Made by a program: the position numbers and the translations under genes
The notes under the pieces: model-generated
Database searches by the model: none
What the model saw: the letters and a program-made list of their open reading frames with translations, nothing else
What the model was told of the DNA's origin: nothing
Assembly: GCA_963575745.1 (NCBI GenBank)
Contig: CAUYUJ010000001.1
Span: 2,852,001 to 2,916,000, forward strand
Origin: Prorocentrum cordatum
Lineage: Eukaryota
Direction of reading: 5' to 3'
DNA: 64,000 nt
Shown: in pieces, positions 1 to 10,761 of the stretch
How positions within the stretch are numbered: the stretch's first letter is position 1
Layout: each line of letters begins with the position of its first letter

Positions 1-855
1 GATCTCGTCGTCGTCGTCATCCTCATACGGCTCGGGCGGGTCGGGCACGTACTCCTGCACGAAGGCCTTCACCGCCGGCAGCGACTGCGATGCGGGTTGC
101 ACTCTCTGCTCGGCCACGTCCATCTGCAGCAGCGCCGCACGGATCGAGGCCGCGTCCTTCTTGCCCTGGGCCAACGTGCGCAGGTTCACCTTTTTCTGCG
201 CACTGAGGTTGGCTCCTTCCTCAAGGTATCTAGCTTTCACTTTATCTGGTAAAGGAAGTCCGTGAACTTCAGCATCTGACAGCTGCTGGTCACGGCGCAG
301 CACGTAGTCGGTGAGAGATTCCCCTCGCTTGATCATGTAGTCAAAGGGCGCGTGCGAGTGGGGCAGGCGTTCCCTGTCGCCAGGGCGTTCGCCGTTCAGG
401 ATCGCCAAGTGCTCGAGCGCCTTCTGGACTCCGTCGGGCTGCATCAGCGAGGAGGCCAGCGGCTTGAACTTCCATTGCAGCTCTACCGGTAGCGATTCCA
501 CCAGCCGAGGAGCCTGTGACTCCGGAAGGTGCCAGGTGCGTCTTGACCAGGCCGTCACGTTCAGGCGATAGAACTCGAGCTGCTCCATGCCCAGCCAGGT
601 TGGCGGGGGGCCGAAGTCGCGCGAGCGGGGAGCTACTACCTCCCAACTCTCTGCAGAGTGCCAGTCAGAGTCTCGCCGCGCGCCGTCGTCTCGACCTCGC
701 CACCACTCGTCACGAGCACCACGGCCGCCAGAGCCCCAGCCCCGGCGCCAGCCCTGCTCGCTCCAGCCGGTCTCCGACCAGTTGTCGTCCGCGTCGGGCC
801 AGGCTGCTGGCTCTGCGTCGTCCTGGTCGTCTGTCTGGATCTCCGCGTCCGGCAT
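1..855 (-). CDS. Gag-like N-terminal part of an LTR (Ty1/copia-like) retrotransposon polyprotein; open to the left window edge
   Basis: Hand translation: ATG at 855 and 285 codons with no stop to position 1 (MPDAEIQ...FGPPPTWLGMEQLEFYRLNVTAWSRRT...APRLVESLP...DGVQKALEHL...FDYMIKRGESLTDYVLRRDQQLSDAEVHGLPLPDKVKARYLEEGANLS...SIRAALLQMD...DDDDEI). It is missing from the ORF track because the stop lies outside the window. The PPxW...W and RGESLxDY motif pattern resembles copia-type Gag; a PBS-like site lies upstream. Confidence 0.75.
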   Translation of the reverse strand, partial: MPDAEIQTDDQDDAEPAAWPDADDNWSETGWSEQGWRRGWGSGGRGARDEWWRGRDDGARRDSDWHSAESWEVVAPRSRDFGPPPTWLGMEQLEFYRLNVTAWSRRTWHLPESQAPRLVESLPVELQWKFKPLASSLMQPDGVQKALEHLAILNGERPGDRERLPHSHAPFDYMIKRGESLTDYVLRRDQQLSDAEVHGLPLPDKVKARYLEEGANLSAQKKVNLRTLAQGKKDAASIRAALLQMDVAEQRVQPASQSLPAVKAFVQEYVPDPPEPYEDDDDDEI

Positions 856-960
856 GGGCCGGTGCAGTGTCGGTCTGTGGGCGGTGGAGCCTCCTTCTCC
901 TCAGTCGGTCGCCTGGCGGCTCCTCCCGTCCTCGTCGAACGCCACGCGGTCCACGAACCA

Positions 961-1160
961 GCTCCCCTTACCACTGTCACAGGGTCGGGGGCCTATCGGG
1001 ACACGAGGGCTGTGAGAGGGACGGGAGGAGCTCTCTTTCAGTACGCCGTATGAGTCTCCGGGGACTCGCACCCTAAGCCTAAGCGGCTATAAGACAGTGA
1101 GGACATAGAGGGAGAGCGAGAGGGAGCGAAGAGAGACCCCCCAGGGGACAAACGGGGACA
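961..1160 (-). mobile_element. Putative 5' LTR and primer-binding site of the LTR retrotransposon
   Basis: Minus strand reads ...CCCTGTGACA-G-TGGTAAGGGGAGC: LTR-like CA end at 975-976, a 1-nt spacer, then a TGG-starting PBS at 961-973, about 105 nt upstream of the gag ATG. The outer LTR end is uncertain; TGTC candidates lie near 1096, 1105, 1150 and 1160. Confidence 0.55.
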
Positions 1161-1900
1161 GACCCAAGAGACCTCCAAGATGCCCAAGATGGCCTCTAAG
1201 ACGGCCCTGGAGCACCCCAGGAGGGCCCCAAGTCGGCCCAGGCAGGCCCCCAAGACGGCTTCCGACGGCGTCAGACGGGCCGGGAGCCCACCAAGATGGC
1301 AGGAAGGCCAGAGAAGGCTAAAATCATTGATTTCCCACGAGTTTTTGAAGGATTGTGGCATTTGTTTTTTGTTCAGCCTTCCGACGGCCCGAGAGGGCCC
1401 AAGAGCCCAAAAGATCGCCCAAGAGGTCTCCATTATGGCCCCAGCCCAAGACGGCCCCAAGAGGCCCCCAAGACGGCCAAGAGGCCTCCAAGACGGCCAA
1501 AATGGCCTCCAAGACGGCCATGGAGCACCCCGAGAGGGCCGCAAGACGGGCCAGAGAGGCCTCCAGACGGCTTCCGACTACGTCAAACGGGCCAGAAGCC
1601 CACCAAAACAACCAAAGATGACCCCCGCGAAGCCCACAAAGGTCCAAGAAGCTCCCAGGAAGCTCCCAAGAGGCCCCAAGAGTGTCCCCAGAGGCTCCCG
1701 AGATGCCCCTCACCTCCTCCTCCGCCTCCTCTTGATTTTCCCCGCCATCCTCCCCCAAGTGTTCCCCGAAGGGTTTCCACAACGGTTGGGGGAACAGATG
1801 GCCCGATACTTTGGCAGAGCTTTTGCCACACCGCTCGGCCACATGGGCGATTCTAGAAGGCGGGGGGCGGCGGTGATTCGCCGTGGGCGTCTTCGGTGAA
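1161..1900 (+). mobile_element. CCAAGA-rich non-autonomous interspersed element, 3' part (left end apparently lost to the LTR insertion)
   Basis: Degenerate GGCCCCAAGA/CCTCCAAGA units. The tail 1755-1900 (GTGTTCCCCGAAGGG...GGCGGCGGTGATTCGCCGTGGGCGTCTTCGGTGAA) closely matches 30525-30671. Confidence 0.65.
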
Positions 1901-2989
1901 GCCAAAAACAAAGCCACGAACAGCGAAGCACAATCGAAACCATGTCCACAAGGCAGGCGGCATGGCAGAGCGGACAGCTACGAACTGCCAAGCGGCATGC
2001 AAGTCAGACCAGATGAATGTGGAAACGCCAGGGCCTAGCCGAGCTTGGCCAACTGAATGCAAATAGGGCAAACGTAATCCGCCCAGCACGCCACATAAAT
2101 TTCCTGACAGTTTGAAGGCAACTTTTGGGTAACATGCAAGCCCACGGAACCTGAAGTCTTTCAGGAGACACACATGCTAGTCTCAAAAGCTGGCCAATAG
2201 CACATTCAGCTCAATCAACGGGGATACTTGAGAAACAATGGCGAAACACTGGTTCCATAAAGTGCCAAGAGGGGGGCAGTCCTGAAGAAATTGGGAAAGG
2301 TGATGCTAGTACTACTGTACCTGTGCTGCGCAATTGAAGACGTGGCACTAGCGTCTGCACCATGCAAACCACTGCCCGCACCCCTGCTGCAACCGCTTCC
2401 ACTAGCACTGCTACCTCCAACGCCACTACAAACACACCTGACACGACCAACACCACTACCACTGGCACTGCGCAGCCCCCCGCCCCCCCCCCTCCAACAG
2501 AGAATGCCGAGCGCAAGACGGCGGCAATGGGGGGAGGCAAACGCGGGAACATTGCTGCCGACGTGCGAAAGTGCCGGTCCGACGGGGCCGGGTAGGCGCC
2601 CAAATCCGGAGAGGTGTCCCAGGGGGGGGAGCCCAACGGGGGCAAAGAGAGAGCCCACGGCGGAAGTGGCGATCTGGGGTCGACGCTTCCGCCCTGCTCC
2701 TCCCCACCCCGCCCCCCCTTGCCTTCGCCCTCGTCCTCTTCCTCCTCGTCCGTCTCGTTCCCTTGTGTTAGCCAGCTTGGACCTCAAACAGTGTTTCTAG
2801 CAATACACGTTGTGCCATCCATGCGTGGTGCAATCTACGCTGTAATATTTGCTGTGCAACAACAGCGATGCGAACGATGAGGTGCAACAAACGGTGGGCA
2901 ATCAGGTTGAACAACATACCTATACGACCATCCTTCGGGTGATAAGGAGGATGTGGGGGGGGGAGAGAGGGGGAACCAACATCTGACTC

Positions 2990-3970
2990 AATCGATCTCA
3001 CTATCGATCTCACTCAACGGGACACCGCGGGACACCACGGGATACTTGACGATCTCACTATCGATGTTCACTATCGATCTCCATTTTTGGGACACCACGG
3101 GACACCACGGGCCACCACGGGACACCACGGGACACCTCTCGATCTCACTATAGGTCTCACTATCGATCTCCCTATCGATCTCACTCAACGGGACACCATA
3201 GGACACCACAGGACACCACGGGACACCACATCGATCTCAGCATCGATCTCAGTATCGATCTCACTATCGATCTCACTCAACGGGACACCACGGGACACCA
3301 CGGGACACCAATCGATCTCACTATCGATCTCACTATCGATCTCACTTTTTGGGACACCACTGGACACCACGGGACACCTCGGGGCACCGCATCGACCTCA
3401 ATATCAATCTCACAATCGAACTCACTATCGACCTCGCTCAACGGGACACCACGGGATACCACGGGACACTATGGGACACCTGTCGATCTCACTATCGGTC
3501 TCACTATCGATCTCATTTTTTGGGACACCACGGGATACTTCGGGGCACCACATCGACCTCAATATCGATCTCAGTATTGATACCAATATTGATTTTACTA
3601 TCGGTCTTACTATCGATCTCACTTAAAGGGACACCACGGGACATCACGGGACACCACGGAACACCGCGGGACACCGCGAGCCACCGCCGGACGGACGGAC
3701 GGACGGACGGGCGGGGGAGAACTATTTGCCTTGACTTCGCCCTAGCAACGGCGGACACCACGAAACACCACGGGACACCGCGGGACACCGCGAGCGACCG
3801 TCGGACGGGCGGGCGGGGGAGAATCACTTGTCTTGACTTCGCCCTAGCAACGGCAGACACCACGGAACACCACGGGACACCACGGGACACCGCGGGACAC
3901 CGCGGGCCACCGCCGACGGGCGGGAGGGGGATAATCACTTGTCTTGACTTCGCCTTAGCAACGGCGGGTT
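2990..3970 (+). repeat. Composite minisatellite: alternating blocks of 12-mer ATCGATCTCACT and 10-mer GGGACACCAC, then three ~110-120 bp units containing TTGACTTCGCCCTAGCAACGGC
   Basis: Units read directly. Related ATCGATC[CT]CACT 12-mers recur at 27205-27350. Confidence 0.85.
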
Positions 3971-5574
3971 TATTCCTCTCGCGCGCCCACGCAGCTTCCG
4001 CTCGCCCGCACCCACGACACGAACGAAACGATTCTCTGGTTGGGGGTTTCCGTTCCACTGCGATCTCACCCCCAACCTCCGACGTGGTACACGATGTGAG
4101 GTGCAATTGATGCTGCGCACTATATGGTGCACCATCTATGTTGCGCACTCTCGTACAATCTATGTTGTACACTCTAAGTGGTGCGACCCATGTGGTGCAA
4201 TCTACGTGGAGCAATCAATGTGTCGCAATCGTAGTTTGACCTGTACACGTTGTGCAATCCTAGTGGTGTAATGTTTGTGATGTGCGCAATTTACGTGATG
4301 CAATCTATGTTGTGCAAGATCAGCTGTACAATCTACGTGGTGCAAGCAATGTCGCACAATCGATGGTGCGAAAGACATGGAGCAAACGCAGCTGTGTACT
4401 CTACGTAGTGGAACATATCGCGAACGATCACAAAGCGCGCCGCAAGCGCGAACAATACATCGCGCCATCTATGATGTAGTACATGTGTGGCACTTTCTGC
4501 TGTGAATTCTGCGTGGTGCAATATACGTAATGCAACCGACGAAGTGCATTAAAAGTTTTTGCAGTTGATGTGGTGCAATCTGTGCAATGCAATATATGTT
4601 TTGCAATATATGATGTGGTGCCCCCCTGTGCTGTGCACGTAGAATATGCTCGTAGTGAGTTGTCCACTCCACTGCTCGCGCAATTACCCCACCCACCCAC
4701 CAGCAACTTGGTTTGCAAGACCCATGCCGCGGCGATTGCGATGAGTGCTTGGAATTGGTTGGTGCATCTCTGCGGCCGCGCAGCGGCCAGCTAGCTTGGC
4801 GCGACCGACGCGGCCGCTGTGGCGCTGACCGCTGGGCACTTCCCTTGGGGAACTTCAGTGCGAGCCGGCGACTCGGGCGGGCGCGGTATCATGACAGCGT
4901 CGACAAAGGTAGACGCGATGATGATGGCAACGATGATGGTGACCATGATGACAACGACGACGGCAAGGCCAGTGGCGGCGCCGATGCTGATCGCTCCGAC
5001 GACGAAAAGGCGTCCTCGCGTCGGTGATGAAAATGTTGGATGGAGTTAGAGATATGCGCGCGGCCGACGCGAGAGAGTGGTCCGCACGGTATACTTTGAC
5101 ACGGATCCTGCCCCCCCCAACACGCGCGCAAGGGCGTTCGAATGATTCCGACGTGCGGCGCGAAGAACCCGTTTGACAGAATTCAGCGTAAATGCTGAAC
5201 AACCCGTGGCTTTCTGCAGAACTCGCAGGGGCACGAGCGCAAACGTGTTTGAAGACTGACGTTGTAAAACCGTGTGGGTGTTAAATGTTTTCGGAGCGCT
5301 CGCGTCTGACATCCATGCGAAACGCAAGGTGTTTAAATCCATTCATCATGCGCGCGCGACGAAGCGCGCACATGTCGCCCCGTTTCCTTTGCAACGGATT
5401 CTTGCGACAGCACGCCCGCGCAGAGGTTCGAACGGTTCAGACGCGCGCGCGCGAGAGGCCTGTTTGGCAGCAGGTCGTGGACAGGTTGGAACCAAGTGGT
5501 TTTCTTAGGAATTCGCAAGCGCCAGAGCGCAAGCTGTTTGGAAAAATCGCGTTGCGAAACCAAATGGTTTAAGA

Positions 5575-6391
5575 ATCCGCCGGCCCCCTTGTGGGGCCAC
5601 CAGGCTGTAGGACCGTGATTCGCAGTTTCCTGTACCAGATGTAGTTTGTAGTTTCCAGTGTTACAGTTCTGCTTCTTGCTGGTTACTGTAACTAGTTGAC
5701 TTCTTGCTGGTTACTGTAACTAGTTGATTGACCGCGCGAGGGGGGGGGAGGCCCAAACAAGACTTTTAGCCTCCCCTGGGCGCGTTGTCTGAATTGCTGG
5801 GTGGGCTCGAAATCGACACCCCTCACGCAGATCCGCGGGGTCAGGGTCCAAAAACACATGGGATTTGCCACATTTCTGAAATTCGGTGCCACCCCTCACG
5901 CAGATCCGCGGGGTCAGGGTCCAAAAACACAGGGATTTGCCACATTTCTGAAATTCGGTGCCACCCCTCACGCAGATCCGCGGGGTCAGGGTCCAAAAAC
6001 ACAGGGGATTTGCCACATTTCTGAAATTCGGTGCCACCCCTCACGCAGATCCGCGGGGTCAGGGTCCAAAAACACAGGGGATTTGCCACATTTCTGAAAT
6101 TCGAACCCATCACGCACATCCATCGCAAGGCGTGGTAACCCAAACTGCGAGAACTCCCTCGGCCCTTTCATCGCAAGGTGTGGTAACCAAGCCCTTAAAC
6201 CATACACGTCTTACCAATCGCCAGGTGTGGTAACCCCTCTTGTGATCAGTTGGTTTTGCTGATTGCGACTCGGCTTCGCATGAAGTTTCGATACTGCTTC
6301 ACGACAGCGCCAAGGCCTCATGACTTAGCTCTTCCATGGCCCATTCTCCGAGAGAGGGGGCCGGCGGCAGGGGGCGAAGCCCTTACGGATA
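5575..6391 (+). mobile_element. Non-autonomous element with asymmetric terminal inverted repeats and a 3' GAA-loop hairpin (Helentron/HINE-like architecture)
   Basis: Left end AT-CCGCCGGCCCC (5575-5587) with hairpin GGCCCC-TTGT-GGGGCC. Right end GGGGCCGGCGG (6357-6367, perfect 11-bp inverse), then GGGC-GAA-GCCC (6372-6382), then TTACGGAT. It interrupts a family B copy. Confidence 0.65.
5818..6103 (+). repeat. 72-73 bp tandem repeat, ~4 near-identical copies
   Basis: Unit CCTCACGCAGATCCGCGGGGTCAGGGTCCAAAAACACAGGGATTTGCCACATTTCTGAAATTCGGTGCCACC, starting at 5821, 5894, 5966 and 6039. Confidence 0.95.
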
Positions 6392-6999
6392 TTGTCGGGG
6401 CATTCGTTTTTGACATCGTTGCCAAACATGTAGTTTTGAGGAGTTTCGGCATGCGCGCGCGACGACGCGCGCGTGCGCGTCTCGCCCTAATGTTGGCAAG
6501 GGATTGTTGCAAACTGATGATGCGTTTTGCGAAAGGCGACGGTGGGGCGGCACAGGCCTGCCAAGGATGGTGCGAGTTCATCTTTAGGGTAGGCCGCGGG
6601 GCAGGATCGCACGTGAACTGCAATAATAAAGAAGCCCGTCAAGTCCGGAGGGGGGTCGATCGTAAATGCTATTTTACAGCGGAGAAAAGATGCAATGCAA
6701 TATGCATATACTATGCACTTAAATGTGTATATATATATGTATACATATATATATATGTATATAGATAATCCCCAAACAGCGTTTGCACCACTTCAGAATG
6801 CTTAATTGCGCTAGCCATCCCAAGGGGATTGCCGCCCGCCGCCGCGTGCGCCACCCGTCGCCGCCCGTCGCCGTCGCCGCCTGTCGGGTCGATCGCCGCC
6901 CGTCGCCGCCCGCGCCGCCCGTCGCCGTCGCCGCCCGTCGGGGCGATCGACGGCCTTAGCCGTTCGCGCCGCCCGTCGCCGCCCGTTGTTTCTGCAAAC

Positions 7000-8094
7000 T
7001 TTTAAACAACGAAGATCCACCACCCACCCGCCGGGCATTATCGGCCCACCTTTCTCGCGTTGCAATTTGCATCTGGTTCTGCCCCATCGTCCATCCTGAA
7101 TATGAACTCGGATCAACCCAGTCAGGCCGGCATCGCCCCCCCGCCATATGCTGCAACAATCTTATGCGCGCGCACTCGTTCATCAAAAACCGTAACTTGC
7201 CAACAACCCCTTGCAAATAATGGGGCGAAGTGCGAACGCGTCGTCGCGCGCGCATCCCAAAATATGTCTCAATACTGGTTTTGGGAAAAATGTCAAAATC
7301 GAATGCCAAAAACAGCATTTTAAAAATGGTTTCGCGACACGAATATCCACGAATGCTTAAGCACACCATGTATTTTGTCAACATTCTCATAACATGCTAC
7401 CAGACGGGCTTTGCGCGCGCATGTCGAAATCGTTCGCACGCCTTTGCGCGCGCTCTGGGGTGGCACGATCCGTGTCGAATCAAACTATGCGGACCACTCT
7501 CGCGCGTCTGCCGCGCGCGCATGTCGAATTTTTCCCAAAGCCTTCATCGCCGACGCGAGGACGCCGTCATCGTCACCGGCGTGGTCAGCATCGGCGCCGT
7601 CATTGGCTGCCTCGTCGCCGCTGTCAGCATCGCCACCAGCATCGCTACTATCATCGTGTCGACCGTCGTCGGCGTTGCCATGATACCGCGCCCGCCCAAG
7701 TCGCCGACTCGCACTGAAGTGCCCACGCTGCGCGCGCGAGCATGCGCGGGCTTGCGCGGCCGCAGGCATGCACCAGCCAACGCCAAGCACCCATCGCAAT
7801 CGCTTCCGCGTGGGTTTTGCAAACCTAGTTGCGGGTGGGCGGGTGGGGTGATTGCGCGAGCAGTGTACTTGACAACTTCAACTTCGGCAGCGGACTTGCG
7901 CCGCATAGACTGCATTACATCATACATCGCATACATTGCACACGTACACCGATTGCCCCGCACGCATTGCACTACATAGGTTGTACCGCATACACTCTCC
8001 TTTCTAAAAGATTAATAGATTCTACCCCCCTTCAACCCCCTCCCCCCCCGGACTTATCGGTTCCCCCTGGGATAGTATGATTTCATACATATAT

Positions 8095-8139
<45 letters not shown>

Positions 8140-8998
8140 GCACACTCGTCCATCCTAAATATGAAATCGTACCATCCCAGCCAAACCGGGTTCCCCCCCG
8201 GGCTTCCCTTTTAAAAAGCACTATGCGGTGACATTTGTTGCTCTAACATAAACACTTTTTCGCGAATCCCCTGCAACAAATGGGACGAAGTGCACACGCG
8301 CGCGTCGTCGCGCGCGCATGCCGAAATCCTTCAAAAACCTTCGGTTCCGGAGAGATTTCAAAATTGAATTTCCAAAAAACATACACAAACACAGGGTTTC
8401 GCAACATTGATTTGCTAAAGCAGCTTACGCGCGAGCTCTTGCGAAATCTTGAGAAAACCATGGGTTTTTCAAGACTTTCACAAAATGCTACCAAACGGGC
8501 TTCGCGCGCGCATGTCGAAATCTGTCGAACGCCCTTGCGCGTGTGACGTCGCGAGAATCCTCTGCAACAAATGGGACGAAGTGCAGACGCGCGCGAAGTC
8601 CCGCGCATATGCCGAAATCCTTCAAAAACCTTCGGTGTTGGAAAGATTCCAAAATCGTGTGTCCAAAAAATCTACAAAAACTTAAGGTTTCGCAACACGG
8701 GTGTTCAACAAAAGCGTGCGCGCGCCCTCCTCCCTCGTCGTCGTCGTCGCCGTCGTCGTCTTCTGTCTTTCCTCGTCGTCGTCGTCGTCTTGGCGTCGTC
8801 GTCGCTTCCGTCGTCGTTGTCGCCGTGGTCGTCCTTCCTCCCTCGTCGTCTTCGTCGGCGTCTCGTCGTTGTCCCTCCTATTTCGTCGTCGTCGTCGTCG
8901 TCGTCGTGGTCATCACTCCTCCCTCGTCGTTATCCTCCTTCCTCGTCGTCGTCGTCGTCCGTCGTCGGCGTCTCGTCGTCGTCCCTCCTATTCCGTCG

Positions 8999-9045
<47 letters not shown>

Positions 9046-10730
9046 TTCCCTCCTCCGTCGTCGTTGTCGTCGTCGGCGTCGCCGACCTTCCTCCTTCTTC
9101 GTCGTTCGCGTCGTCGCCGTCTTCCCTCCTCTATCGTCGTTGTCGTCGTTGTCGCCGTCGTCGTCCTCCCTCCTCCCTCGTCGTCGTCTTCGTTGGCGAC
9201 GTCGTCGTCGTCGTGTTCGTCGTCGTCGTCTTCGTCGACGTCGACGTCGGCGGTGTCGTCGTAGTCGGTGTCTGCGGCGCCGTCGTCGTCGTTGTCGCTG
9301 TCGTCGTCGGTGTCGTGGCCAAGTGCCATGTGGTACCTACCGTCACGGTCTTGTCTTAAGAAGTCTTGCGACCAAGTTGCGGGTGGGAGGGTGGAATGTT
9401 TGCACGAGCCGTAGAGAGGACAGCTTCAAAACGGTCAAAATGAATTGCACCACGTAGATCGCACCACGTAGATCGCATTACACGGGTTGCATCGCATACA
9501 ATGCCCCACATAGATTGCACCGCGTAGATTGCACCACGTAGATTGCACCGCATACATGGCGACGCGTTCGTGCGAATTCTTAAGGAAACGGTATGTTTTT
9601 CAACGTATTCATGGGGTTCTGCCAAACGGGCCTCTGGCGCCGAGCGCTGGCATCATCCGCGTGCCCTTGCGCGCGTGCTGGGGGGAGGGGTACGATCACT
9701 GCCAACAAAAAAAAGCACGCGGGCCGCTTTCGCGCGTCGGCCGCGCGCGCGCGTCGAATTTTTTTCAACGCCGTCATCGCCGACGCGAGGGTGCCGCCAT
9801 CGTCGCCTGCGCGATCAGCATCGGCGCCCACGCTGGCCGCGCCTTCGTCGATGCGAGCATCGTCGCCAACATCGCCGCTGCCTTGTCGAGCCCGCCCACG
9901 ACGCCGACTCGCAACGAGGTGCCAGCTGGGATGCGCGCGGCGGCCAGCACCGCCGCAGCCGTGTCGGCCGCGTCAAACTAGCTGGCGACTGCGCGCGCGC
10001 GTTAGGGTTGGCGCGGCCGCAGGCATGCACCAGCCAACGCCAAGCATGCATCGCAATCACCACCGCATGGGTTTTGCAAACCAAATTGCGGGTGGGTGGG
10101 TGGGATGTTTGCCAGAGCGCGGGTTGCGTCAACTCATGGGTGGACATTAGTTGCACCGCATAGACTGCATGACGCAGGTTGCAGCGCATGCGTTGCAACG
10201 CGTAGATTGCACCGCATATCTTGCATTGCAAAAATTGTCGCCGCCCTTGGGTTGCACCGCGTAGATTGCCTGACATAGCTTGCACCGCATGCGTAGCACG
10301 ACGTAAGCTGCGCCGCATACAATTGTTCACATAGATTGCGCCGCATACAATGCCCCACGTAGATTATCAGGATCATCGGTGCCCCTTTTTTCTGGCGCAA
10401 ATTAAAACATGGTTCTGCCCCGTCGTCCATCCTAAATCGGAATCCGTACCCTCCCAAGGAAAACCGGCATCGACTTCCCCTGTCGTCCTCTGAATATTCA
10501 TTCGAAAAACTATGCACGCGCACTCGTTCATCAATAGTCGCCAGTTTCAGTTTGCAAGATACCCCAAACAAACGAATGTGACGGAGTGCGCGCGCGAGCG
10601 TCGCCGCGCGCGCATGCCGTCATCCTTCAACGCGCGCGGTTCCGCGAGAGTTTCAAAACCGAGTGCCCAAACAAACGTAACACATATATGTCTATTTACA
10701 TATATGCACACACGCATATATATATATACA

Positions 10731-10761
<31 letters not shown>

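Larger units (their letters stand above)
4090..6510 (-). repeat. Inverted copy of the CGCG-rich macro-repeat unit (family B), interrupted by the 5575-6391 element
   Basis: Reverse complements of the family B anchors (CCCACCCACC...TTGGTTTGCAAGACCCATG at ~4688-4726; GGCGACTCGGGCGGGCGCGGTATCATG at ~4867-4893; TTTCGGCATGCGCGCGCGACGACGCGCGCG at ~6445-6474) occur in the expected order on both sides of the insertion. Confidence 0.75.

Noticed and set aside
2291..2800. ORF with a signal-peptide-like start (MGKVMLVLLYLCCA...)
   Set aside because: Low-complexity Pro-rich continuation, non-ATG start in the track, and no recognisable domain.
5818..6103. CRISPR-like or iteron array
   Set aside because: Contiguous near-identical 72-73 bp units without spacers.
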